Assembly: GCA_964566795.1 (NCBI GenBank)
Contig: CAZMIU010000001.1
Span: forward strand, 79,388 to 143,387
DNA length: 64,000 bases
Reading direction: 5' to 3'
From: an uncultured Candidatus Saccharibacteria bacterium
GTDB taxonomy: Bacteria > Patescibacteriota > Minisyncoccia > Phycocordibacterales > SBAW01
The notes beneath the pieces were generated by a model. The model saw nothing but the letters and a program-made list of their open reading frames with translations. It did not search any database and was not told the origin of the DNA. Shown piece after piece: positions 9,285 through 18,007 of this stretch (its first letter is position 1; every line of letters begins with the position of its first letter). The translations under genes and the position numbers were made by a program.

Positions 9285-10444
9285 ACAAGTGCTTTGCGGT
9301 AAAAGTCCTCAAACTGCTCCAGTACGCCGTCTATGTCGTGGTGCGCGATAATCTCCTGGCTTTTTGCGCCCATCTGTTTCCTCAGCTCCCGGCTCTGCAT
9401 AATCTCATCCAAGTAGCCGGTAAGTTCTTCGCTGCCCCCAGGCTCAAAGAGGTAGCCGTTTTGCCTGTGGTGAATAAGTTCCGGCAAGGCAACCGCGCGT
9501 GCACCCACCACAGGGAGCCCCGTGGCCATGGCCTCCATAGCGACAATGCACTGGAGCTCGGCGATGCCGGCGTTTACAAAGCAGTCTGAGGCGGCGTAGA
9601 GGCTGGGCAAAAGGTCATCTGGTACAAAACCGGTAAAGGTCACCCTGTCGCCAATGCCTAAATCCTGCGCCAGGCGCTTGAGCTTATGTTGCTCGGCACC
9701 GTGGCCCGCAACTATAAAGTGGAAGTCTTTGTTTTGGCACAAGGCAACGGCGCGCAATACCACGTCCACGTTCTTTTCCTTATCCAGCCGGCCCACAAAC
9801 AAAAGCGTGGGCTTGTCGGGAAGCGCATAGGCCTGTTTGGCGGGGCCGGGGTCGGTCTGCGGGCTAAAGCGCTTGCGGTCTATACCGTTGGAGATTGCCG
9901 GTACCGAGGCCTTAAGCCAGGGCTCTAGCATCACACCCGCGGTGCGGGTGGGGGCAGAGACCCCTTTGGTGCGCCCAAGCACACGTGCCGCGTCCTGCCA
10001 GGCCAGGCGGTGTATAAGGTCTGTGATTGGAGTAGGTAGATGCAAATAGTGGGTGAGGTTCTCCGGCATAAAGTGGTTGGTTGCTACCACCGGGATATTG
10101 TGGCGCCCGGCCTCACGAAGGACCATGCGCGATATGGGGAAGTGCATTTGGATATGCACGATGTCCGGCCTAAATTCCGCTATAGCCTGCGCTGCCCGCC
10201 GGCTTATCCCGCTTATCAGCGGCATCACAAACCTAAACTTGGGCACGATAAAGATGGGGAAGGAGCGTACGCCATAAAAATGCACACGCCCGTGCATGTC
10301 TTTGGTCGTGGATACGCTTGGGCCGGGGGCTACCACAGCCACCTCGTGGCCGCGCTCCACAAGCGCGTGGGCAAGCCTCTGGGTAAAGTAGGAGGCCCCG
10401 TTAACGTGCGGGTAGTAGGTGTCGGAAGCGATTAAGACTCTCAT
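9281..10444 (-). CDS. glycosyltransferase family 4 (GT-B, group 1)
   Basis: MRVLIASDTYYPHVNGAS.. N-term and C-terminal GT1 EX7E-like region; start moved to internal ATG 10444. Confidence 0.85.
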   Translation of the reverse strand: MRVLIASDTYYPHVNGASYFTQRLAHALVERGHEVAVVAPGPSVSTTKDMHGRVHFYGVRSFPIFIVPKFRFVMPLISGISRRAAQAIAEFRPDIVHIQMHFPISRMVLREAGRHNIPVVATNHFMPENLTHYLHLPTPITDLIHRLAWQDAARVLGRTKGVSAPTRTAGVMLEPWLKASVPAISNGIDRKRFSPQTDPGPAKQAYALPDKPTLLFVGRLDKEKNVDVVLRAVALCQNKDFHFIVAGHGAEQHKLKRLAQDLGIGDRVTFTGFVPDDLLPSLYAASDCFVNAGIAELQCIVAMEAMATGLPVVGARAVALPELIHHRQNGYLFEPGGSEELTGYLDEIMQSRELRKQMGAKSQEIIAHHDIDGVLEQFEDFYRKALV

Positions 10445-10449
10445 GATGG

Positions 10450-11019
10450 TTAGGCACGACGAGCGTACCAAATGCCGGCTACTATACCTACACATCCTAC
10501 AACAAGCCCGGCCGCGGCAAAGTAGTCCAGATACCGGCCTATTACCTCATACGCCTCGCCAAAGAAGTACCCGAGCCCCACGAAAAACGCCGCCTGCGCG
10601 AGAGTGACCACTAAACAGGTGGAGGCAAAGGTCATGTAGGGCACGCGCACAAGCCCTGCGGTAAACAGGCCCGCAGAGCCCACACCGTGTATGAGCTTGG
10701 AGGCCATCATCATTTTGTAGCGGTGGGTATGAAAGCGCTCGCGTGTCTGCTCGATGCGCTCGGGCGTGAGCTTAAAGAAATTTTTTATAGGTTGCGTGTA
10801 CTTCCAGTGGCCGCCGTAGCGGCCCAGCAAGTACCAAAACGCATCGCCCAGTATGTCGCCCACGACAATTATTGCGTACACGATAAAGAGGTTGAATATC
10901 CCGAGGCTCACCAAAAAGCCGGCGATGACCGACACGATAGGACCCTCCATGATCGCGATGGGGAAGAGCAGTATGTAGCCCCCGGTCTCCAAAAGGCCAA
11001 TAATCTGTGCAAGCTCCAT
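10450..11019 (-). CDS. DedA/VTT-family membrane protein
   Basis: ILLFPIAIMEGPIV..GDILGDAFWYLLGR typical DedA. Confidence 0.8.
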   Translation of the reverse strand: MELAQIIGLLETGGYILLFPIAIMEGPIVSVIAGFLVSLGIFNLFIVYAIIVVGDILGDAFWYLLGRYGGHWKYTQPIKNFFKLTPERIEQTRERFHTHRYKMMMASKLIHGVGSAGLFTAGLVRVPYMTFASTCLVVTLAQAAFFVGLGYFFGEAYEVIGRYLDYFAAAGLVVGCVGIVAGIWYARRA

Positions 11020-11130
11020 AGAATAAGTATAGCCCGCAAGGGTTTTTAGGCGTACCCTTGCGCACTATTGACTTTATATACTTTGTTAGGTATAGTTTAT
11101 AGGACAGCACATCACACAAGGGAGGATCAG

Positions 11131-11493
11131 ATGTTCCTGTTTTTTGTCCGTGTACTCAGCGTGTTGGGGTTTGCAGTCTTCTTTGCAAATACCGACAACC
11201 CCTACCTCATGCTCGCGTCTGCGCTCTGCATGGGTGCGGTCATCGGATCGGAGTGGGGAGAGTACTCGGTTGCGAGCATATGCTCGTTTGCCTTGGTCAT
11301 GTTCCTCGACGCCGCGAGCTTTGCGGTAAACGGGGCGCTAATGACTAACTACTTCTTCCCGTGGGCAGACGCCCACAGGCAGATGGGGTTGGCAAACTTC
11401 TTCATGCTGGTAGCAATCGGGATCTTCTTTGTGGTCCAGGTTAACTACACCTGGGACTACATCCAGAAGAGGAACGAAGCCCGCTCTGTCTAG
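11131..11493 (+). CDS. small membrane protein, hypothetical
   Basis: GGAGGA RBS 5 nt before ATG 11131; 3-4 TM. Confidence 0.5.
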   Translation: MFLFFVRVLSVLGFAVFFANTDNPYLMLASALCMGAVIGSEWGEYSVASICSFALVMFLDAASFAVNGALMTNYFFPWADAHRQMGLANFFMLVAIGIFFVVQVNYTWDYIQKRNEARSV

Positions 11494-11510
11494 TAGCCGG
11501 CCACTTGTGT

Positions 11511-11545
11511 AAAGCCCCGCGGGAAACTGCGGGGCTTTTTATTTT
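11511..11545 (+). terminator. rho-independent terminator
   Basis: AGCCCCGCGG-gaaact-GCGGGGCT + TTTTTATTTT. Confidence 0.7.
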
Positions 11546-11559
11546 GATATACTGCGGCA

Positions 11560-12036
11560 ATGGCGGATTCGCTGATTGTCTTTTTGGGCACCTATCTTAT
11601 TTTTGTGATGATCGTGGCCATTGGGGTGTACGGCTTTAGCAGCAACAAGGTGCGCTGGCTGGAGTACGGACTCTCCATAGTGGGAGGGCTTGCGCTTGGC
11701 TACATACTGGCGCGCCTGGGGGGCTTCTTTTTTTACCACGAGCAGCCGTACTCGGTGCTAAACTACACGCCGCTTATCCCGCACGAAATAGACAACGCTT
11801 TTCCTTCAGATCATGCGGTGGTGGCCGGTGTCTTGGCCGCTATCGCAAGTCTCTACAACCGGTCACTAGGGCTCCTCATGTGGTTTCTTGCCTTGGGCGT
11901 TGCCGCAGGTCGCATGCTTGCGGGCGTGCACTACCCACTGGACGTAATCACGGGCCTTATTGTGGGCGGGGTGTGTGCGGCAGCGGCACACTATACAGTT
12001 CATCTCTATTTCAGTAGAAAAACGCATACTAACTAG
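11560..12036 (+). CDS. PAP2-family phosphatase (BcrC/undecaprenyl-diphosphatase-like)
   Basis: PSDHA and GVHYPLDV PAP2 motifs, multi-TM. Confidence 0.75.
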   Translation: MADSLIVFLGTYLIFVMIVAIGVYGFSSNKVRWLEYGLSIVGGLALGYILARLGGFFFYHEQPYSVLNYTPLIPHEIDNAFPSDHAVVAGVLAAIASLYNRSLGLLMWFLALGVAAGRMLAGVHYPLDVITGLIVGGVCAAAAHYTVHLYFSRKTHTN

Positions 12037-12068
12037 GTTCCGATTACTCGGTATCAAGATTAGTACCT

Positions 12069-12314
12069 ATGACACTAGCACTCACCAAGCGCATCGCCGG
12101 CTCTGTTGCGGGCCTTATGCTCGGCACCCTGCTCGCACTCGCAGCTCCCTTAACCTACGCGCAGACCTCTACCACCACTGACCCGGGCACGCCGGGCGTA
12201 CCGGCAACTGGTGCCGGAGACAGCACCATGGCGCTTGTAGCCCTGGCCGGTTCGGCGCTGGCATTAGTTGCCGGTGGTACCTACTTGGCTCGCACTCCCC
12301 GCAGCGAGGCCTAA
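12069..12314 (+). CDS. 81-aa secreted sortase substrate: signal peptide + VPATG sorting motif + hydrophobic anchor + RTPRSEA tail
   Basis: tripartite cell-wall sorting signal directly after signal peptide; sits immediately upstream of sortase. Confidence 0.55.
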   Translation: MTLALTKRIAGSVAGLMLGTLLALAAPLTYAQTSTTTDPGTPGVPATGAGDSTMALVALAGSALALVAGGTYLARTPRSEA

Positions 12315-12317
12315 CCC

Positions 12318-12923
12318 ATGCAGCACAGAGGTGTGCGCATAGCAGTCATACTCATGATGATAGCGGCGGGCGTGGTGTTTGTAACCACGCTCGTTCGCGC
12401 TACCCTCTATGCGCCCTCCGGCGAGGTGGCCTCTAGCACCTTGGCTGCGCTTGCACCCGCGCGCGAGGCGAGCGCGGGCGATTTGCCAGAGCGTCTGCGT
12501 ATCCCCGCGCTTTCTATAAACGCATATGTGCGGCACGTGGGCATTAATGCCGATGGCGACATGGCAACGCCCGGCAACTTTACCGACGTCGGGTGGTACA
12601 AATACGGCACAGTGCCCGGCTTTGTGGGCAGTGCGGTCATGGACGGCCACGTGGACAACGGACTCTCGCGCAACGGCGTGTTTAAAAATCTAAGCCAGCT
12701 TAAGGTGGGAGATGAGCTGTTTGTAGACACTGCATCATCAACCGTGCTGCGCTTTGTCGTGCGCGAGGTTGTCTCCTATCCCGTGGGGGAGGTCCCGGCC
12801 GAGAGGATATTTACCACACGAGGCGGCGTGTACCTAAACCTTATTACCTGCGACGGTGTGTTTAACAAAACGGCCAACGACTATGAGAGCCGCTTGGTAG
12901 TGTATGCCGAGCTGGTGCCTTAG
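12318..12923 (+). CDS. membrane-anchored sortase (class E/F-like transpeptidase)
   Basis: N-terminal TM, GHVD His, LITCDG catalytic Cys motif, C-terminal Arg. Confidence 0.8.
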   Translation: MQHRGVRIAVILMMIAAGVVFVTTLVRATLYAPSGEVASSTLAALAPAREASAGDLPERLRIPALSINAYVRHVGINADGDMATPGNFTDVGWYKYGTVPGFVGSAVMDGHVDNGLSRNGVFKNLSQLKVGDELFVDTASSTVLRFVVREVVSYPVGEVPAERIFTTRGGVYLNLITCDGVFNKTANDYESRLVVYAELVP

Positions 12924-12944
12924 GCCTTCTTGAGCTTCGTCTAT

Positions 12945-15020
12945 TTACTTCTTTAGCTTCGCTAGGGTACGCTCCACGTCGACTATGGAGACGGGCTTGA
13001 CCAGATGCTCGTCAAACCCGGCCTCTGTCGCTTTGTCGCGGTCCTCGTCCTGGCCGTAGCCGGTGAGCGCTACAAGCGATATGTCGTAGCCAAACTGCGC
13101 GCGCAGCCGCTTTGCAACCTCGTAGCCCGATATGTCGGGCAGCCCGATGTCGAGCAACACTACCTGCGGCCTGTGGCGCGAGGCCTCCTCGAGCGCCCCA
13201 AAGCCGGTGTGCGCTATAGCGACCTTGTGCCCGTTGTGCGTGAGCAGGGTCGAGAGCATGGTCGCTGCGGTCTCGTTGTCGTCTACAACCAAGACCCCTA
13301 TAGGCCCGGCCGCTTGTGCATGCACCATCATTGCCTCCGCAGAAAAGCGCTCGCGCGGCTGCTTGAGCCCTGCATCAAGTACGGGAGCTGCTGCTGGCGC
13401 CAGCGTGGTGGGTGCGGGCAAGCGCACCACAAAGGTGCTGCCGGTGCCTATGGTGCTCTCTACAACAACCCTGCCCTGATGCAGCTCTACCATGCGCTTA
13501 ACCAGAGAGAGGCCTATATGGAGGCCGCCGGGGCCCTCCTGGCGCTGCACACCCCCGGCAAAAGGCTCGAATATCTTTTGCATGCGCTCAGAGGCTATGC
13601 CTTGGCCGTTGTCGCGCACCTCAACAACCGCCTCCTGTCCCTCGCGGCGCGCGACAAGCTCAATGGCACCGCCCTGTGGGGTATACTTGGCCGCGTTGTT
13701 GAGAAGGTTTACAAACACCTGGGCCAGCCTCACCGGGTCTGCGTCGATCCAGATAGTCTCGTGCGCAACTGTCTTGGTAAAGGAGTGGTTGCGCGAGGAG
13801 AGGTAGGGCAGCGCCATCTCAAGCGAGCGGTCAATGATATCCTGGAGCCGCACTGTCTCGGGCCGGAGCGTAAACTTTTTTTGCGAGATACGGGTCATGT
13901 CCAGCAGGTCGTCAAGCAGGCGGGCCAGGGTGTTTAGGTGCGCGCCCATCATGTGGTGCACCTCCTTGGAGCCCTGTTCGCGCAGTTTAAGCAGTTCGAG
14001 CCCGGAGAGCACCGGGGAGAGCGGGTTTCTGAGCTCGTGGGCGAGTATTGCTATAAACTCGCTCTTGGCCTGATCCTCGCTTGCCACTTTCTCGAGCGTG
14101 CCCTCAAGCTGGCCCACATGCGTCTCGAGCGCCTTGACCGCCTCTTTGCGCTCCTCGGTTATGGAGGTAAAGAGGATAAATATGAGCGAGAGCGTGCCGA
14201 TAATCATCTGCACGCCAAACAGGGCTTTGGTGGCACTTGCGCTAACCGGCCCGTACCCCCAGAGTATCCCCGATATGCCTATGACCGCGAGCATAAACAG
14301 CGCCAGCGCCGTGCCGCGCGGACCGGCGCGCAGGGATATCCAGATAAGCGGGAAGATGAGTATATAGATGAGCGATATGCCTGCGATGGAGCCGTGCGGG
14401 GTCCAAAACATAAGGAAGACGAGTACAAATATTGAGCCAAACATCGCCACGCCCTCAAGCACTTCCCGCCACGTCTTTTTAAACCACGGGCGGTACCCCC
14501 AGCGCAGGACAAACGGGCCAAACGAGAGCAGGGAGACCGCGTGGCCCACCCATAGCCCGACCCATAACTCCAGCTTCCACACGCCGGTGTAGAGGAGCGC
14601 GGCACTCCCCGCTATGGCAAGTGCCGATATAAACGTTGCGACAAAAGCTGCGAGTATGAGCGCCAGGCTGTCGCGCAACCTGCTCATAAGCGGATGAAAG
14701 CTAAAGCGCACAAGAATGTAGGAGGCGATACATGCTTCGAGCGTGTTGCTTGCCGCAAGCGCTGCGGCAAGCGGCGTGTCGTAGCCCTGCACGACAAACG
14801 TCACAAACAGCGAGAGCACAAGCGCCGGCCACAGGTTGATACCCCAAAACAAGAGCCCGGCGAGGCCCACTGCAGAGACGGGCCACACGAGCGTGGCGCC
14901 AGAGGAGCCTGCCGGCAAAAAAGTGAGGCTCAGCCATGCCACGCCGGCGTACAGGAGCCCCATGAGGATAAAACGCGCCACATAGGTGAGCGCCGGGTTG
15001 TTGGGGAAAAATGGTTGCAT
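12945..15020 (-). CDS. hybrid sensor histidine kinase (MASE1-like membrane domain, HisKA, HATPase, C-terminal receiver)
   Basis: H-box AHELRNPLS, NLLNNAAKYTP, DNGQGI, then receiver VVDDN..LDIGLPD..K. Confidence 0.85.
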   Translation of the reverse strand: MQPFFPNNPALTYVARFILMGLLYAGVAWLSLTFLPAGSSGATLVWPVSAVGLAGLLFWGINLWPALVLSLFVTFVVQGYDTPLAAALAASNTLEACIASYILVRFSFHPLMSRLRDSLALILAAFVATFISALAIAGSAALLYTGVWKLELWVGLWVGHAVSLLSFGPFVLRWGYRPWFKKTWREVLEGVAMFGSIFVLVFLMFWTPHGSIAGISLIYILIFPLIWISLRAGPRGTALALFMLAVIGISGILWGYGPVSASATKALFGVQMIIGTLSLIFILFTSITEERKEAVKALETHVGQLEGTLEKVASEDQAKSEFIAILAHELRNPLSPVLSGLELLKLREQGSKEVHHMMGAHLNTLARLLDDLLDMTRISQKKFTLRPETVRLQDIIDRSLEMALPYLSSRNHSFTKTVAHETIWIDADPVRLAQVFVNLLNNAAKYTPQGGAIELVARREGQEAVVEVRDNGQGIASERMQKIFEPFAGGVQRQEGPGGLHIGLSLVKRMVELHQGRVVVESTIGTGSTFVVRLPAPTTLAPAAAPVLDAGLKQPRERFSAEAMMVHAQAAGPIGVLVVDDNETAATMLSTLLTHNGHKVAIAHTGFGALEEASRHRPQVVLLDIGLPDISGYEVAKRLRAQFGYDISLVALTGYGQDEDRDKATEAGFDEHLVKPVSIVDVERTLAKLKK

Positions 15021-15110
15021 GGACTACTATCACCCTACCTCACCTTCCTGAGCGCTTAATGAAGCCAGTAGGGGGTGCCGCAACAGTACCAAACCCGCGC
15101 AGGACAAACA

Positions 15111-15145
15111 AACCGCCCTCACATAAAGAGGGCGGCTGTACCTGT
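15111..15145 (-). terminator. rho-independent terminator (minus strand)
   Basis: CCGCCCTC-acataaa-GAGGGCGG followed on minus strand by TTTGTTTGT. Confidence 0.5.
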
Positions 15146-15182
15146 GGGGCCAGGTCTAGTAGACCAACTTTTTATATCCAGC

Positions 15183-15362
15183 TTAGTAAACTAAGCTGGA
15201 GTGCTCTTCCACCACCTCCTTAAACCTCTCTGCGAGCACAGGATGGTTGTGGTTGATATGGTTGTACATGCGCACCTTGAGCATAAGCATCTTGTGCTCG
15301 GAGTCTATCTCCTCGTGGCCGCACTCGCTGCAGGTCAGTATTATTTCTCGCTCGTGTTGCAT
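15183..15362 (-). CDS. 59-aa His/Cys-rich small protein, hypothetical
   Basis: MQHEREIILTCSECGHEEIDSEHK..NHINHNHP; ATG 15362; own downstream terminator; not in track. Confidence 0.25.
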   Translation of the reverse strand: MQHEREIILTCSECGHEEIDSEHKMLMLKVRMYNHINHNHPVLAERFKEVVEEHSSLVY

Positions 15363-15401
15363 AGGATAATCCTATACAACTGACCCTGATAGTTTGATGA
15401 A

Positions 15402-15644
15402 TTATTCGCCCGAGTCTTCGCCGTATCCGTCGCCCGGGGAGTAAAACTCTATATCTTGTGCATTGCGCTCGGCGTCGTGCTTGGCCTGCTCGAGCCTCGT
15501 GTGCTCGCGCGCTTCCGGCGTCTGTTGCTCTGCCTCCACCTTCATATCCTCGTCTATCTGCTTGGGGTCATTAAGGCTCCCATATATCCACAACAGGAGT
15601 ATTGCTACGCCCACGAGCCCTACGATTATCAGGGCTATATCCAT
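15402..15644 (-). CDS. small membrane-anchored acidic protein, hypothetical
   Basis: track start is GTG; first ATG gives MDIALIIVGL.. TM then acidic tail. Confidence 0.4.
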   Translation of the reverse strand: MDIALIIVGLVGVAILLLWIYGSLNDPKQIDEDMKVEAEQQTPEAREHTRLEQAKHDAERNAQDIEFYSPGDGYGEDSGE

Positions 15645-15744
15645 GCCCACAGCATACCATATGGGGTTCTCACAAGAGCATCAGGAGTGATGCGGTATAT
15701 ATGGTTGTATGGAACGCCACATACACACAAACGAAGGGTCGCAT

Positions 15745-15930
15745 ATGTATCTTAAGGATTATACAAAAGGGGAAGCAGACACCACAGAGACGATTAAGCG
15801 CAACCATAAGACGTCTGACGCGCTCCTGGCCAAACTCGCAGCCAAGCTGCGCGGCAGGGCGGGCCGCTTTCGCGGCAAGAGCGGCAGGCGGGAAAACAAC
15901 AAGGCCCGGGGAGGCAACATGGCGCGCTAG
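15745..15930 (+). CDS. small highly basic protein, hypothetical
   Basis: GAAGGG upstream of ATG 15745; Arg/Lys-rich C-terminus; ends 17 nt before peptidase gene. Confidence 0.25.
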   Translation: MYLKDYTKGEADTTETIKRNHKTSDALLAKLAAKLRGRAGRFRGKSGRRENNKARGGNMAR

Positions 15931-15946
15931 CTTGTATACTCTGAGT

Positions 15947-16756
15947 ATGAACAGGGGTTACATAGCAAGGCTCATACTGGTCGCGGTGCTTCTTGTTGGC
16001 GCGTCGCCGGTGTCTGCCGCAGGCGTGGTCGAGCAAAACGGCCGCCCTTCGGGCAACTGGTCTGGGTATGTGGCCTCGCGCGACACCTACACAGGCGTGG
16101 GTGCCACATGGGTGGTGCCCGCGGTTGCGGCCACCACAACTCTTATGAGCGATGTGGCGTGGGTGGGCATCGGGGGCTCAAAAACAAAGGATCTTATCCA
16201 GGCGGGCACGCACGGAGCGGTCCAAAACGGCCAGACGCAGTACTGGGCGTGGTACGAGCTCTTGCCCGCGTACCAGGTAGTTATACCGGTTGCTGTTGCG
16301 GCAGGAGACGAGGTTGAGGTGGCCCTGCAGGAAATTGCACGCGACCTGTGGTATCTCTCGTTTATAAACAAGAGCACGGGGCAGAGCTACTTTACGACAC
16401 TCGAGTATCACTCCAAACGCAGCTCGGCCGAGTGGATAGAGGAGATGCCCAACGTGTATGGCAGGGAGGGCGGCCGCATTTTTGCGCCGCTGAGCGAGTT
16501 TGAGCGCGTGGAGTTTACGGAGGCCTTTGCGGTTATCAATGGCGAGCGGCGCAGCCTTGCGGACATCAAGTCAAGCGCAGTGTCTATGGTGGCCAAAAAC
16601 AACAAGCGGCTTGTGCTGGCCGCACCGTCGGGCGTAACCCCTCAAAGCTCGTTTGTGGTTACGCGCTCAAGCGCGGTGCCGAGCCCCATGACCAAGCAAA
16701 CTATGAAGCAGTACCGCGCCTCGGCGCACGACATTGTGTGGTCCCTGCCCCGGTAA
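15947..16756 (+). CDS. peptidase family G1 (eqolisin / scytalidoglutamic peptidase) homolog, secreted
   Basis: signal peptide; SGNWSGYV, VAWVGIGG, LIQAGT (Gln), YWAWYELLP (Glu), AEWIEE blocks matching the fungal G1 fold. Confidence 0.7.
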   Translation: MNRGYIARLILVAVLLVGASPVSAAGVVEQNGRPSGNWSGYVASRDTYTGVGATWVVPAVAATTTLMSDVAWVGIGGSKTKDLIQAGTHGAVQNGQTQYWAWYELLPAYQVVIPVAVAAGDEVEVALQEIARDLWYLSFINKSTGQSYFTTLEYHSKRSSAEWIEEMPNVYGREGGRIFAPLSEFERVEFTEAFAVINGERRSLADIKSSAVSMVAKNNKRLVLAAPSGVTPQSSFVVTRSSAVPSPMTKQTMKQYRASAHDIVWSLPR

Positions 16757-16789
16757 CTTCACTCGGCTCCCGCGGCCGTTGTGGCACGC

Positions 16790-17557
16790 CTAGAGTAGGC
16801 GGGCCTCGATGCACATAAACAGCGGTATCTCTCGGCGGGCGGTATCCTCGGCCTTTTGCCTCGGGCCCTTTTGGCTCTGTTTGTGGGAGATCCACTCCTC
16901 GAGCCGGGTGACGCTGAGCTCTGCGCCGTGGAGTGCCTTAACAAAGTCCTGGAGCGAGCGGTGGTAGGAAATGGTCTCAGATTTTCGAACACGGCCCGGC
17001 GCCATGTCGACCGCGACCTTGGCCGCCGAGAGGTAACCGTCTATGCGGCGGTACTGGGTCTTTGTATCCTCGTCAAAGCCCCAGCTTGAGCGCTTTAGCA
17101 CGCGGAACGCGGGGTGGTTGAGCACAAAGACAAACCGGCCGCCAGGTTTGAGCACGCGCTTAACCTCCTTAAACACCGCGCCAATGTCTTCCATGTTTTG
17201 GAGTGCCAAGACGCACAGCGCCGCGTCAAACTGCGCATTGCCCGCAAACGCGAGCTTGTGTGCCGGGGTGATATGAAACTGCACGCCCGGGGTTTGTGCC
17301 TTAGCCTTGGCGATAAGCTCTTTGGATATATCGGCGCCCATGACGTGCTTGGTGTGTTTAAGCACCTCGCGGGTAAAGTAGCCCTGCCCGCACCCTACAT
17401 CAAGCACGCGCTCGCCCTCCTTTATAGACAGTATGCGCATGAGGTTGGGCGCAATAACTTTGGCCTGGTAGGTGTCCTCGCCGCCTAGGTAGTCGTCGTA
17501 CCAGGTTGCAACGTCGCCCCAGGAGGTGTCTTTCTTCATCTGCTCACTGTAGCGCAT
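16790..17557 (-). CDS. class I SAM-dependent methyltransferase
   Basis: motif I VLDVGCGQGYFT, motif post-I, Methyltransf_11-like. Confidence 0.8.
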   Translation of the reverse strand: MRYSEQMKKDTSWGDVATWYDDYLGGEDTYQAKVIAPNLMRILSIKEGERVLDVGCGQGYFTREVLKHTKHVMGADISKELIAKAKAQTPGVQFHITPAHKLAFAGNAQFDAALCVLALQNMEDIGAVFKEVKRVLKPGGRFVFVLNHPAFRVLKRSSWGFDEDTKTQYRRIDGYLSAAKVAVDMAPGRVRKSETISYHRSLQDFVKALHGAELSVTRLEEWISHKQSQKGPRQKAEDTARREIPLFMCIEARLL

Positions 17558-17562
17558 ACGAG

Positions 17563-17600
17563 CCTAAAAAAGAAACCGCCGCGACTGTGCCGCGGCGGAA
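17563..17600 (-). terminator. rho-independent terminator (minus strand)
   Basis: CCGCCGCG-actgtg-CCGCGGCGG with T-run on minus strand. Confidence 0.55.
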
Positions 17601-17616
17601 ATTCTTGGTCGTCTGA

Positions 17617-17943
17617 TTACTCGGGCGGGTGGTAATATCCGCGTGAGTCGAATGTGCCGTCTCTGCGCGGCCGCGTTTCTTGTTTTCGGTTCTTCTGCTC
17701 GTGGGTGGCGTGCCGGCGCAGGAAATACTCGAGCCCGCGCGTCGCACCGTGGGGCTGGTAGCCCCGCACGCTCCAGATAATGGTGGAGTGGATCATGACG
17801 ACCTGCTTCCACACTTTGTCGAGCTCCTGACAAACCTCCTCGCGCATGCGCTTGGGGACGCCAAAGTCTTTCATGAGCTCGTCAGCGCAATGTCCATGAC
17901 GGCGTTGCATCTCGGTCTCAGGTTCTCGCTTTTTTCGCGGCAT
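17617..17943 (-). CDS. hypothetical protein (108 aa)
   Basis: AGGAGG 5 nt upstream of ATG 17943; track merges it into a 277-aa chimeric ORF. Confidence 0.45.
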   Translation of the reverse strand: MPRKKREPETEMQRRHGHCADELMKDFGVPKRMREEVCQELDKVWKQVVMIHSTIIWSVRGYQPHGATRGLEYFLRRHATHEQKNRKQETRPRRDGTFDSRGYYHPPE

Positions 17944-18007
17944 CAATGCCTCCTGTTGTTGTCCGCTTGCACCATAACAAACCTGGGGCAAAAAGGAAGC
18001 CCGGCGC

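Noticed and set aside
13005-13937. 310-aa plus-strand ORF antisense to the hybrid histidine kinase
   Set aside because: It fully overlaps a gene with clear HisKA, HATPase and receiver motifs. It has no motifs of its own and an Arg/Leu/Ala-biased composition typical of GC-rich antisense frames.
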